This document shows positions 1 to 9,296 of a DNA stretch of 64,000 nucleotides, piece by piece (the first letter of the stretch is position 1; the number at the start of each line of letters is the position of its first letter). The notes beneath the pieces were generated by a model. That model did no database searches. It was not told the DNA's origin and was given only the letters and a program-made list of their open reading frames with translations. Source of the DNA: an uncultured Candidatus Saccharibacteria bacterium (GTDB taxonomy: Bacteria > Patescibacteriota > Minisyncoccia > Phycocordibacterales > UBA2100); NCBI GenBank assembly GCA_964399865.1, contig CAYNRJ010000002.1:22151-86150 (forward strand), written 5' to 3'. A program made the position numbers and the translations under genes.

Positions 1-966
1 GTCGATACTACAGAGTTGAACGCGATTATTATTGATATTAAAGATTTCTCAGGAGGTATCGCGTTTCCTACTGATAACCCACTGCTCGCTAACAACGTTT
101 CCGATAAATGTGGAGCGCAGGACATGAAAGAGTTCGTCGAACTTCTTCACGAAAAAGGCATTTACGTTATCGGTCGTATCACAGTGTTCCAAGATCCAAT
201 GTACACGAAACAGCACCCTGAACTTTCCGTCCAATCGAAAGCTCGTCCGGGACAACCATGGAAAGATAATAAGGGACTCTCGTTCGTCGCGGTGAATAGT
301 GAGCCTTACTGGGATTTCATCGTTGAGCTTTCGAAAGAATCATACGCACTTGGATTTGATGAATTGAATTACGACTACATCCGTTGGCCATCAGACGGTC
401 CAATGAGTGACGTCGTCTATCCATCGCAAGATACTGCAGGCGAGCTCGAGAAATTCTTCCGCTATCTTCACGAGAAGGTGAGTCCTCTTGGGGTTGTTAC
501 CTCCGCAGATCTTTTCGGTATGACAACGACAAACACTGATGATCTCAATATCGGACAAGTGCTTGAGCGCGCTCTTCCATACTTTGATTACATTGGTCCA
601 ATGGTGTACCCATCGCATTATCCAAAAGGATTTAATGGGTACGCAGATGTAAACGCACACGCGTACGACATTATTCACTATTCTATGAGTGAGGCGGTAC
701 GACGGACCGAAGCAACAACGACACCGGTCGAGTCTTTCGCACACACACGTATCGGCACATCGACACCCGCTCTATACTCCAAGCCTTCCTATTCAAAATA
801 CAAAATGCGTCCGTGGTTGCAGAGTTTCGATTATCCAGTGACGTACACTCCAGAGATGGTTGCTGCCCAGATCAAGGCAAATGAAGACGTCGGACTCGAC
901 TCGTATATGTTCTGGGACCCTGCGAATAAATATAGAAGTTTGCGAGCTGTTCTCAAGGCAGAATAA
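1..966 (+). CDS. Putative glycoside hydrolase (DUF4015-like), 5' truncated by window edge
   Basis: Frame open from base 1; motifs NAIIIDIKD, GRITVFQD, GFDELNYDYIRWP, PMVYPSHY, RPWLQSF. Confidence 0.75.
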   Translation, partial: VDTTELNAIIIDIKDFSGGIAFPTDNPLLANNVSDKCGAQDMKEFVELLHEKGIYVIGRITVFQDPMYTKQHPELSVQSKARPGQPWKDNKGLSFVAVNSEPYWDFIVELSKESYALGFDELNYDYIRWPSDGPMSDVVYPSQDTAGELEKFFRYLHEKVSPLGVVTSADLFGMTTTNTDDLNIGQVLERALPYFDYIGPMVYPSHYPKGFNGYADVNAHAYDIIHYSMSEAVRRTEATTTPVESFAHTRIGTSTPALYSKPSYSKYKMRPWLQSFDYPVTYTPEMVAAQIKANEDVGLDSYMFWDPANKYRSLRAVLKAE

Positions 967-1013
967 ACCCGTGGATTCTGCAGTAGCTCCTGCGTCCTAG
1001 CGCGCTTTTGCGC

Positions 1014-1019
1014 TATACT
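1014..1019 (+). promoter_or_regulatory. Putative -10 box TATACT, 6 nt before ATG 1026
   Basis: cgcTATACTttatgcATG, no SD. Confidence 0.5.
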
Positions 1020-1025
1020 TTATGC

Positions 1026-3017
1026 ATGAGTCATGGGTCTCACGAAGAGGAAGACGCGCCAAGTCACGGTTCTTCGAGCGGTCAAACTGCTCCAAAAGAC
1101 GATGACAGTCGCATAACATATTTTGCAGCGACACACACCCGCGGCAAGCGTGAGATGTTTGGTATTCGCTCAGTCGACCGTGGCAAGCACGTGTACGTCA
1201 TCGGAAAAACAGGCATGGGCAAATCCACGATGCTTGAAAATATGGCGATCCAGGACATCCAAAATGGGGAGGGGATAGCCTTCATTGATCCGCACGGCGC
1301 AACAGCGGAAAAACTTTTGGACTTCATTCCTCACGAGCGCATAAAAGATGTGATTTATTTTGCGCCTTTCGATACCGATTACCCTGTGGGATTCAACGTG
1401 ATGGAAGACGTCGGCTATGACAAACGTCACCTCGTGGTCTCCGGTCTCATGGGTGCTTTGAAAAGAATCTGGGTAGATGCGTGGAGCGCAAGAATGGAAT
1501 ACATTTTGCAGAATACCCTCCTCGCACTTCTCGAGTATCCAGACTCCACACTTCTAGATGTGAACCGCATGTTCACAAACAAAGCATTTCGTACCGCGGT
1601 GGTCGAGAAGATCACAGACCCTGTGGTGAAATCATTCTGGACGGAAGAGTATGCGACCTTCACCGACACCTACACTCGCGAGGCAACTCCTGCTATTCAG
1701 AACAAGATAGGTCAGTTCACCGCGAATCCTCTCATTCGTAACATCATCGGTCAGGCGAAATCCACATTCGATCTCCGAGAGATCATGGACAAGAAAAAGA
1801 TCTTCATCGTGAACCTCTCCAAAGGGCGCATGGGGGAGACGAATGCCGCACTCTTAGGATCGATGCTCGTCGTTAAGATCTACCTTGCTGCGATGTCGCG
1901 AGCGGATGAGCCTGCAGCGCGGCTTGCCAAGTTGCCTCGTTTTTATTTCTACGTCGACGAATTCCAATCGATGATGAACGAGGCGTTCGCCGACATTCTT
2001 TCGGAATCGCGTAAATATAAACTCGCGCTCACCCTCGCAAACCAGTACATCGAACAGATGGAAGAAGAAGTCCGCGATGCTGTGTTCGGCAACGTCGGGA
2101 CCCTCATTTGTTTCCGCGTAGGACCATTTGATGCCGAAGTCTTGACCACAATTTTCGAGCCTACATTTACACCGGAGGATCTCGTCGGCCTTGGTATTGG
2201 TCAGATATACCTCACACTCATGATTGATGGCGTCGGCTCGCGGCCATTCTCAGCAGAAACAGTTCCACCGATCGAACCGCCTTCCATCTCATACCGTGAT
2301 GATTGTATCCGTCATTCGCGAGAACATTACGCTCGGCCTAGAGCGGAGATGGAAGCGTTCGTCATGAAGCGACAAACAGATTTCGCATCAAATCAGCAGC
2401 GAAGCGATAAATCGAGCCGATCACCGAGTAGAAGTTTTCCTCCACGATCTGGTGGCGACAGAGATCATTCGCCGCGAAGAGACGATGATAGATCACATGT
2501 GCGCGTAGGGGATACATCGCGACCTACTTCGCATTGGGGGGCACAGGGCGCAGCTACTCCTTCATCCCATGGACCGGATAGAGGAGAAAGAGACCGTAGG
2601 GATCCGAGAGAAATAGGACCACGAGTAAATTTTATAAATCGACCACCAACTCGTCCCGAGCCTCGTCACACACAGCAGACCGTTACAACAACCGAGCACT
2701 CTTCAGATAGCAGTGCGCAGCGCTCCGCGCTCCGTGCAGCTATAGCTGCTGCAAAGCCGCCAGCACCCTCATCCGCTTCTGAAAGTGGGGGCATTAAATC
2801 GCCGGCGGACCTCCTGCGTGAACGCAAAGCTGCAAAACAGGCGGCTCATGTAGACGAGCCAGAACTGTTCAGAAATAAATCTGAGGCACATGCAGGAAAT
2901 TCACACGCGCATACCGAAAAGAGTGCGCCACATCGGCCGCCAGAAGATGCCCACTCGGGGGAAGTATCTCCAGAAGTTCTACAGAGGGTTCTTAAAGGCG
3001 AAGATGAAAAGGCTTAA
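1026..3017 (+). CDS. TraD/VirD4/HerA-like P-loop ATPase (type IV coupling-protein family) with long disordered C-terminal tail
   Basis: Walker A GKTGMGKS, IDPHG, Walker B YVDEFQ, ESRKY..LTLANQY; last ~200 aa are R/D/S/P-rich low complexity; ATG 1026 preferred over TTG 1008. Confidence 0.8.
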   Translation: MSHGSHEEEDAPSHGSSSGQTAPKDDDSRITYFAATHTRGKREMFGIRSVDRGKHVYVIGKTGMGKSTMLENMAIQDIQNGEGIAFIDPHGATAEKLLDFIPHERIKDVIYFAPFDTDYPVGFNVMEDVGYDKRHLVVSGLMGALKRIWVDAWSARMEYILQNTLLALLEYPDSTLLDVNRMFTNKAFRTAVVEKITDPVVKSFWTEEYATFTDTYTREATPAIQNKIGQFTANPLIRNIIGQAKSTFDLREIMDKKKIFIVNLSKGRMGETNAALLGSMLVVKIYLAAMSRADEPAARLAKLPRFYFYVDEFQSMMNEAFADILSESRKYKLALTLANQYIEQMEEEVRDAVFGNVGTLICFRVGPFDAEVLTTIFEPTFTPEDLVGLGIGQIYLTLMIDGVGSRPFSAETVPPIEPPSISYRDDCIRHSREHYARPRAEMEAFVMKRQTDFASNQQRSDKSSRSPSRSFPPRSGGDRDHSPRRDDDRSHVRVGDTSRPTSHWGAQGAATPSSHGPDRGERDRRDPREIGPRVNFINRPPTRPEPRHTQQTVTTTEHSSDSSAQRSALRAAIAAAKPPAPSSASESGGIKSPADLLRERKAAKQAAHVDEPELFRNKSEAHAGNSHAHTEKSAPHRPPEDAHSGEVSPEVLQRVLKGEDEKA

Positions 3018-4461
3018 TCGTAGAAATCTATCAATAGGAATACTGGCGCTCGGATTTTTGTTCAGTCCGAACGTAGCGATCGCTGAGGTGATTGTGAATG
3101 AGATTGCGTGGACGGGAAGTGCGGGAAATGCTAATGCAGAATGGATAGAGCTTCGAAATACAGGGAGTACAGCGGTATCACTTGAAGGATGGAGCTTGAG
3201 CGCGGAGGATGGGTCTCCCGCGATCACGCTCGTTGGCACGATCGTAGCGGGTGGATTTTTCCTTTTGGAGCGAACAAGTGATGAGAGCGTTCCCGGCGTG
3301 ACCGCGGATCAAATCTACTCAGGAGCACTCGGAAATAGCGGTGAGACTCTCACTCTCAAAAATAGTTCCGGTCAATCTGTCGATGTCGTATCCGGTGGCG
3401 AGAATTGGGAGAATGTCGGGGGTGACAATACGACGAAAGATACTGCTCAACGAACAAGTACCGGCTGGATCACGGGGTCTCCCACGCCGCGAGCTGCGAA
3501 TACAAGTTCCTCCACAACTCCGCCCCCGACAGAGGAAACATCTGATGAGGAAGACGATACAGAAACATCCTCAACCCCAGTTTCAAGTTCTGGAGGCGGG
3601 ACGCCTGCTTCTTCGTCAGCGCTCGTCTCAAAAGCGAGTGCCGGGAAAGATCGAGTAGTTGTCGTCGGTGTTGATACGCGCTTAGAAGGGTTTGCGTATG
3701 ATTCCGGGAACAGAGTCATAGATAACGCACGTTTTGTGTGGAATTTTGGCGATGGAACGAATGCAGAAGGCAAGGTAGTCACTCATCGGTGGCAGTATCC
3801 TGGGCGATACGCAGTCGTTCTTGAAGTCACACGTTTCGAATCAAAGGCTTCACACCGCGTTACGGTAACTGCAGAAACTGCTGAGCTAGCACTCCAGGTG
3901 TCTCCCGACGGAGGTGTCATTATCGAAAATCGCTCGAATCGCGATGTCGACCTCTCAGGTTGGCGTATCGTAAGTAATGAAGTTGTATTCACTTTCTCGC
4001 CTAACACAATTGTCATACGCAATGCATCGATCCAGCTTTCTTCCTTTGCTCTTCGGTTCAACGCATCTTCGCAAGCTGCGCTGTTGTATCCCGATGGCTC
4101 GATCGCTGTACAAGCTACGACTCCTGCTGTGAAGGAAGCGGAACTTGAAGAAGAAATTGTAGTAGCTTCAACTTCTGAGCCAGTCCGCGATGTTCCGGTA
4201 GTTTCCACTAAGAAAGCCTCACTGCCACCCGCGGAAAAGCCAAAAGAAATAGTAGAAGAGACCCCTGAGATCGAATCAGAACCAAAAAATATTGAAAATG
4301 CCGCAGCGGCTGCACTAGTTGTCGAAGGGGGAGGCGCTTCTCTCTTGTGGTGGCTCGGAATAGTGCTTGTCGTTATCTTAGGAGGGGTCGCGATATTCGC
4401 GGCTAGGCACTTACGGCAAAGGGAATGGAAGATTATCGAAGAGACTGAGAACGATGTATAG
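3004..4461 (+). CDS. Membrane-anchored surface protein: signal peptide, lamin-tail domain, Ser/Thr-rich linker, PKD domain, second LTD-like domain, C-terminal TM helix
   Basis: VIVNEIAW..EWIELRN..VSLEGWSL (LTD), WNFGDG..H.W..PGRY.V.L (PKD), DVDLSGW, TM LLWWLGIVLVVILGGVAIFAA; start MKRLNRR at 3004. Confidence 0.75.
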   Translation: MKRLNRRNLSIGILALGFLFSPNVAIAEVIVNEIAWTGSAGNANAEWIELRNTGSTAVSLEGWSLSAEDGSPAITLVGTIVAGGFFLLERTSDESVPGVTADQIYSGALGNSGETLTLKNSSGQSVDVVSGGENWENVGGDNTTKDTAQRTSTGWITGSPTPRAANTSSSTTPPPTEETSDEEDDTETSSTPVSSSGGGTPASSSALVSKASAGKDRVVVVGVDTRLEGFAYDSGNRVIDNARFVWNFGDGTNAEGKVVTHRWQYPGRYAVVLEVTRFESKASHRVTVTAETAELALQVSPDGGVIIENRSNRDVDLSGWRIVSNEVVFTFSPNTIVIRNASIQLSSFALRFNASSQAALLYPDGSIAVQATTPAVKEAELEEEIVVASTSEPVRDVPVVSTKKASLPPAEKPKEIVEETPEIESEPKNIENAAAAALVVEGGGASLLWWLGIVLVVILGGVAIFAARHLRQREWKIIEETENDV

Positions 4462-4473
4462 TGTTTACATAAC

Positions 4474-5343
4474 ATGTCGAAAGGCGGCAAAAAAGTGCTT
4501 GTCACAGGGGGAGCCGGGTTTATCGGCTCTCATTTGTGTCGTCGTCTTCTAAAAGAGGGTCACACGGTAATTTCACTCGATAGCTACCTCTCCGGTTCGC
4601 GTCACAATCATGTCGAGGGCGTCGAATATCGCGAAGGGCACACCAAAGACATCGAAACCCTTGTCCCAGAAACAGATATCGATCTCATATATCACCTTGG
4701 CGAATACGCTCGTGTAGAAGTAAGCCTTACCGAACCCGAAGTGGTCTGGGATTCAAACATACGTGGCACGTTTCGCGTTCTTGAATTCTGGCGCAAGCGA
4801 AAATGCAAACTCATCTATGCGGGTTCTTCGACGAAATTTGGCGACGGCGGGTTAGGACGCGATCAAAGTCCGTACGCGTGGACCAAAGCATCGAACACAG
4901 AGCTCGTTCGCAATTACGGTGTGTGGTTTGGGCTCCAGTATGCGATCACGTATTTTTATAACGTGTATGGTCCTGGAGAGCGCGCAGATAAATACGGTAC
5001 TGTCGTCGAAATATTTAGACAAAAGTTCCTAAAAGGAGAGCCACTTTCAGTGGTTTCGCCTGGGACGCAGAAGCGCAATTTCACACACGTGGACGACATA
5101 GTCGAAGGCCTTATAGTGATCGGCGAGAAGGGCGAGGGAGACGAATTTGGTCTCGGTAATCACAAAAAGTATTCAATTCTTGAGCTCGCACAGCTTTTTG
5201 GCACGGAGATCATTATGCTCCCCGAGCGGCCAGGGAATCGCACGGAATCCTCTATTGATACGTCAAAATCGGAAATGCTTGGGTGGAAAGCAACGCGAGA
5301 ACTCACCGACTACATCGAGAGTGTGGTTCGCGAGAAAGCATGA
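4474..5343 (+). CDS. NAD-dependent NDP-sugar epimerase/dehydratase (extended SDR)
   Basis: VTGGAGFIGS, YAWTK (YxxxK), YFYNVYGP, RNFTHVDD. Confidence 0.85.
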   Translation: MSKGGKKVLVTGGAGFIGSHLCRRLLKEGHTVISLDSYLSGSRHNHVEGVEYREGHTKDIETLVPETDIDLIYHLGEYARVEVSLTEPEVVWDSNIRGTFRVLEFWRKRKCKLIYAGSSTKFGDGGLGRDQSPYAWTKASNTELVRNYGVWFGLQYAITYFYNVYGPGERADKYGTVVEIFRQKFLKGEPLSVVSPGTQKRNFTHVDDIVEGLIVIGEKGEGDEFGLGNHKKYSILELAQLFGTEIIMLPERPGNRTESSIDTSKSEMLGWKATRELTDYIESVVREKA

Positions 5344-6554
5344 AAAAAATACTAATCTTTTCGCTTGCGTACTATCCGAATTACTATGGTGGCGCTGAGA
5401 TTGCCATCAAAGAAATTACGGATCGCGTGTCTCCCGAAGAGGTTGAGTTCCATATGGTGACTCTCCGATTCAATCGCAGACTTCCAAAGACGGAAAAGAT
5501 CGGCAATGTTGTTGTGCACCGTATTGGGTTTGCGAAGCCGGACGCATCGATCGTTGATATAAAGCGTTTTCCGCTTCATTTCAATAAATACCTGTTTCAA
5601 TTCACCGCTGCATGGAAAGCACACCGACTCCACAAAAAATATCATTTCGATGCGACGTGGGCGATGATGGCGCACTCCTGTGGGATTCCAGCGGGGATCT
5701 TTAAATCTTTTCACCCAGAAATCCCTTACATACTGACGCTTCAGGAAGGGGATCCGATAGAGCATATCGAGAAACTCATGACTCCATTGTGGCGGCTGTT
5801 TACTCGGGCATTTACGACAGCCGATTACGTCCAAGCCATCTCCACATTCCTAGGGGACTGGGCGCGGAAGCGCGGGTTCACGGGTACACTTGAAATTATT
5901 CCGAATGCTGTCGATACGAATCACTTCTCGCAAAATCTTTCTGCTAGGACAATTGACGAAATAAAGGATACGTTAGGAAAAAATATTGGGGATGTATTTC
6001 TTATTACAACTTCTCGACTTGTGCACAAGAACGCAGTGGATGACGTTATTTCCGCACTCGCGCTTCTCCCGAGCAACGTAAAATTTATTGTGCTCGGAAC
6101 TGGACCGCTCGAATCGGATCTCAAAGAGCAGGTGAAGCGTCTGAAGCTCGAGTCTCGTGTGCAATTCGTCGGCCAAGTGAGTCACAAAGATATGCCGAAG
6201 TATTTGAAAGCGAGCGATATTTTCATCCGACCATCGCGCTCTGAAGGAATGGGAAATTCATTCGTTGAGGCGATGGTAGCGGGACTTCCCGTGATCGCGA
6301 CTCAGGAGGGCGGGTTAAAGGATTTTCTTTTTGATGAAAAAAGGAATCCCGATGAGCCTGTCACAGGGTTTGCGGTAGATAAAGATTCTCCGAAAGACAT
6401 TGCAACTCAGGTGAGAAATATCATGGAGCATCCTGAGAAAGTGCGCGCGGTGACAGCAACAGCGAAAATGATGGTAATAGAAAAATACGACTGGGACCTT
6501 ATCGCTCACGATATGCAGGAGCGCATATTCGCGCCCGCTCTCAAGCTGAATTAA
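5340..6554 (+). CDS. Glycosyltransferase family 4
   Basis: GGAE at N-terminus, SRSEGMGNSFVEAM (ExxxxxxxE); ATG 5340 overlaps upstream stop (ATGA). Confidence 0.88.
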   Translation: MKKILIFSLAYYPNYYGGAEIAIKEITDRVSPEEVEFHMVTLRFNRRLPKTEKIGNVVVHRIGFAKPDASIVDIKRFPLHFNKYLFQFTAAWKAHRLHKKYHFDATWAMMAHSCGIPAGIFKSFHPEIPYILTLQEGDPIEHIEKLMTPLWRLFTRAFTTADYVQAISTFLGDWARKRGFTGTLEIIPNAVDTNHFSQNLSARTIDEIKDTLGKNIGDVFLITTSRLVHKNAVDDVISALALLPSNVKFIVLGTGPLESDLKEQVKRLKLESRVQFVGQVSHKDMPKYLKASDIFIRPSRSEGMGNSFVEAMVAGLPVIATQEGGLKDFLFDEKRNPDEPVTGFAVDKDSPKDIATQVRNIMEHPEKVRAVTATAKMMVIEKYDWDLIAHDMQERIFAPALKLN

Positions 6555-6559
6555 AAAAT

Positions 6560-7558
6560 ATGCGTATTCTTATTGCATCTCCATTCAGTCATGCCAACGA
6601 AGGTGTGCTTGGTTTATACGCGGATGGTCTCCGGGAAGCGCTTCAGAAGAAAGGTCACGGAGCGGAAGTAGCGTCTCTAACTCGTCTCGAGAAAAAAATA
6701 CCCTCCGGATTGCGTCACATCCTGTACGGCATTCGAATAATTCCGGGAGTCCTATCGAGCGATCTTGTCCTCGCCCTTGATTCGTGGAGTGTGGGTTTTC
6801 CTGCGCTCATTATGGCGCGCGTATTCAGAAAGCGATTCGCCATTCGACTCGGAGGAGATTTTCTTTGGGAGTCGTACGTCGCGCGGACGAAAGAGCCGAT
6901 CCTCCTATCAGAATTTTACGAAGTACCTCGCACCTACACATTTAAGGAGAAACTCATCGTGCGAGGTATACGATTTCTCGTGAGTCGCGCTGACGCGCTT
7001 CTTTTCACAACAGAATTCCAGAAAAAAATCTGGCAGAAGGCGTACGGATTTGCGGCTAATAAAGCCCACAGAATCGAGAATTATTTCCCACAGAAATCTG
7101 ACGCAAATGTGAGAGGGGGAAGGGTTTTTGTGAGCGCGGGCAGGAAGATATTTTTAAAGAATGCAGAAGCACTTGATCGAGCGTTTGCCAGGGTGCGAGC
7201 AAAGAACCCCGATATTTCATTGGATATGAGCTCGCTTTCTCATAAAAATCACTTGAAACGGCTAGACCAAGCGTATGCCGTTATTATTCCGACATTCTCA
7301 GAGGTATGCTCGAATACGGCGATAGAAGCAGTTGCACACGGTAAACCATTTATCATGACGCGAGACACAGGAACCTTCGAACGCCTAGAGGGATGTGGAA
7401 TTTTTATTGATACGCGCGACGAACACGCTCTAGAAGCAGCGATTGAAAAAATCCTTGATCAAAAGACGTACGACGAATTACTTGCTCGTATTCGAGCATT
7501 TACGTATACGCACTCGTGGGAGGACATGGCGGAAGAGATTGTCCGCGCAACGCGCTAA
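6560..7558 (+). CDS. Glycosyltransferase family 4
   Basis: SEVCSNTAIEAVAHGKP, C-terminal HSWEDMA. Confidence 0.8.
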   Translation: MRILIASPFSHANEGVLGLYADGLREALQKKGHGAEVASLTRLEKKIPSGLRHILYGIRIIPGVLSSDLVLALDSWSVGFPALIMARVFRKRFAIRLGGDFLWESYVARTKEPILLSEFYEVPRTYTFKEKLIVRGIRFLVSRADALLFTTEFQKKIWQKAYGFAANKAHRIENYFPQKSDANVRGGRVFVSAGRKIFLKNAEALDRAFARVRAKNPDISLDMSSLSHKNHLKRLDQAYAVIIPTFSEVCSNTAIEAVAHGKPFIMTRDTGTFERLEGCGIFIDTRDEHALEAAIEKILDQKTYDELLARIRAFTYTHSWEDMAEEIVRATR

Positions 7559-8310
7559 TTTCTTTTCGCCTTAATGATGAAGCCCGTAGCAAACCACCTG
7601 AGGGGTGTGTTCGCGATCCATTCTAATAGGCGCGACGAATGCGCAGTGAAGGCAGGCAAGAATTTATCGAGCGGGAAGGGAATCAGCTTCATATTGTAAT
7701 AGACTGTTCTTTCGACTGTGAATCCGCTCTCTTCGAGAAGTTTCGCTGCACGCTTTTTTGTATACTCGCGGTGAAGAAGCGGGTCGACTTTTATCTTTCT
7801 GAATGGGCGTGCGATGGCTCGAAGGAGACGATTCCATAAGCGCCACGGACTCCAGAGGTTTGGGTAGGTCACGATCAATGTGCCACCCCCTTTGATAATG
7901 CGATGCATCTCATGTAAATATCGAGGCTCTTCGCGAATGTACTCGATGAGTCCCATTGCGGTTACGACATCAAAAGTCCCGTCCGTAAATCGTAGAGAGT
8001 AGGCATCGCCAACCTCGCAGGTCACCTCCGGGTCATTGCCAGCTTCCTTTTTTGCGAGTTCGATCATACCGGGAGCTGCATCTACACAGGTGACGCGGAA
8101 TCCTTTGGCACGTAGACCTTTGATCATGATCCCCGGGCCTGATGCTAGATCGAGAATGTGTTTTCCGTTGCCGTCGGGAAGTAGTTTTAAGACCTTTTCT
8201 CGGCGGACTCGGAATGAGTAGCCATCGGGCGTATTTCGAGCATATTCCTTCTGATATGACACGCTGGTCGTATCGAAGAATGCGACTTCCGTGCGTTTCA
8301 ATGTCTCCAT
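7555..8310 (-). CDS. Class I SAM-dependent methyltransferase
   Basis: ILDLASGPG, VDAAPGM, GDAYSL.F.DGTFDVV; start METLK at 8310. Confidence 0.85.
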   Translation of the reverse strand: METLKRTEVAFFDTTSVSYQKEYARNTPDGYSFRVRREKVLKLLPDGNGKHILDLASGPGIMIKGLRAKGFRVTCVDAAPGMIELAKKEAGNDPEVTCEVGDAYSLRFTDGTFDVVTAMGLIEYIREEPRYLHEMHRIIKGGGTLIVTYPNLWSPWRLWNRLLRAIARPFRKIKVDPLLHREYTKKRAAKLLEESGFTVERTVYYNMKLIPFPLDKFLPAFTAHSSRLLEWIANTPLRWFATGFIIKAKRN

Positions 8311-9296
8311 ACTCGTTTTTTTAGTTTCTGTAGTATACCCCGAAACCCGCTCTCCGCAGCAATAAATGCATTCCAATCATTTGTATCATCCATGGTGTAT
8401 CGGCGTAGGCGAAACGCGTGAGCACTCTTAGTGTTCGATCCTTCAATTGTAGAGAGAGCACCCTCGAGTCCGATTTCCTTGAGAATATCTTCGTGCTCCG
8501 GGGTCCAATCTCCCGCCTGCCCATTTGGGTAGCAGAAGATTCTACTACCAGAGCGGCATTTCTCTTCAACGATCCTTTGCGACTCGAATATTTCTCGCCG
8601 CGCCTCATCGAGAGGCAGCTGACTTAGTATGGGATGGCTTTTTGTATGTGCGCCGAACGCTATATTCGACGAACTCATTTCCCGGATCATTTCAACGGTA
8701 AGCGGGGCGTAGCGCATATCTGCGCTCGCGCTTGTAAGTGAAGCGCCGCGAGATCGTTCGATCTCTTCAAGTGTGCGAACGCGCTCATCGTTCAATACGG
8801 ATTTGAACTTCGCACGAGTGCGCGCGTCAGCAGCTTTTTTCTCGGAGAGAGTTTTCTCCACACCTCCTCCTTTATCAAACGCGTATTCAAGACGGTCTAC
8901 CCACAGCGGTATATCCCTAAATACAAAATCAGTCGCAAGGAAAATAGTTGCCGGCACGCCATGTTTCTTCAAGATAGGGAACGCGTGGTCGTAATTATTT
9001 CGGTATCCATCGTCGAAAGTAATCGCGAGTGCGCGCGGGGGCAGTGTGCCGGCATATAATTTTGCGACGGCTTCGTCGAGGGGGAGTATGTTGTATGTCC
9101 GCGCAAGGAATGCGATCTGTTTTTCGAATGATTGTGTGTCGACGAATTTGCGGCGATAATTGAATATTCCTTCTCCGGAAGGGGCAACACCATGGTAGAG
9201 CAGGATCTTCAGACGTCTTCGGGCGAGTATCCGGATAATGCCGGCGATAGCGCTCACGCGCCACAGAGTGTACAAAATTCGCTTCACGATGGTCAT
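8298..9296 (-). CDS. Polysaccharide deacetylase (CE4/NodB-like)
   Basis: LLYHG, AITFDDGY, GAHTKSHPIL, FCYPNG; GTG 9287 is an alternative start. Confidence 0.88.
   Translation of the reverse strand: MTIVKRILYTLWRVSAIAGIIRILARRRLKILLYHGVAPSGEGIFNYRRKFVDTQSFEKQIAFLARTYNILPLDEAVAKLYAGTLPPRALAITFDDGYRNNYDHAFPILKKHGVPATIFLATDFVFRDIPLWVDRLEYAFDKGGGVEKTLSEKKAADARTRAKFKSVLNDERVRTLEEIERSRGASLTSASADMRYAPLTVEMIREMSSSNIAFGAHTKSHPILSQLPLDEARREIFESQRIVEEKCRSGSRIFCYPNGQAGDWTPEHEDILKEIGLEGALSTIEGSNTKSAHAFRLRRYTMDDTNDWNAFIAAESGFRGILQKLKKRVWRH

Noticed and set aside
1026-3017. Conjugative element or ICE
   Set aside because: No integrase, relaxase, VirB4 or att boundaries found
3783-4505. 240-aa antisense ORF and other short shadow ORFs (e.g. 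33088-33699, 47411-47944, 53622-54158)
   Set aside because: They lie opposite well-supported genes and have no motifs, as expected for antisense shadows
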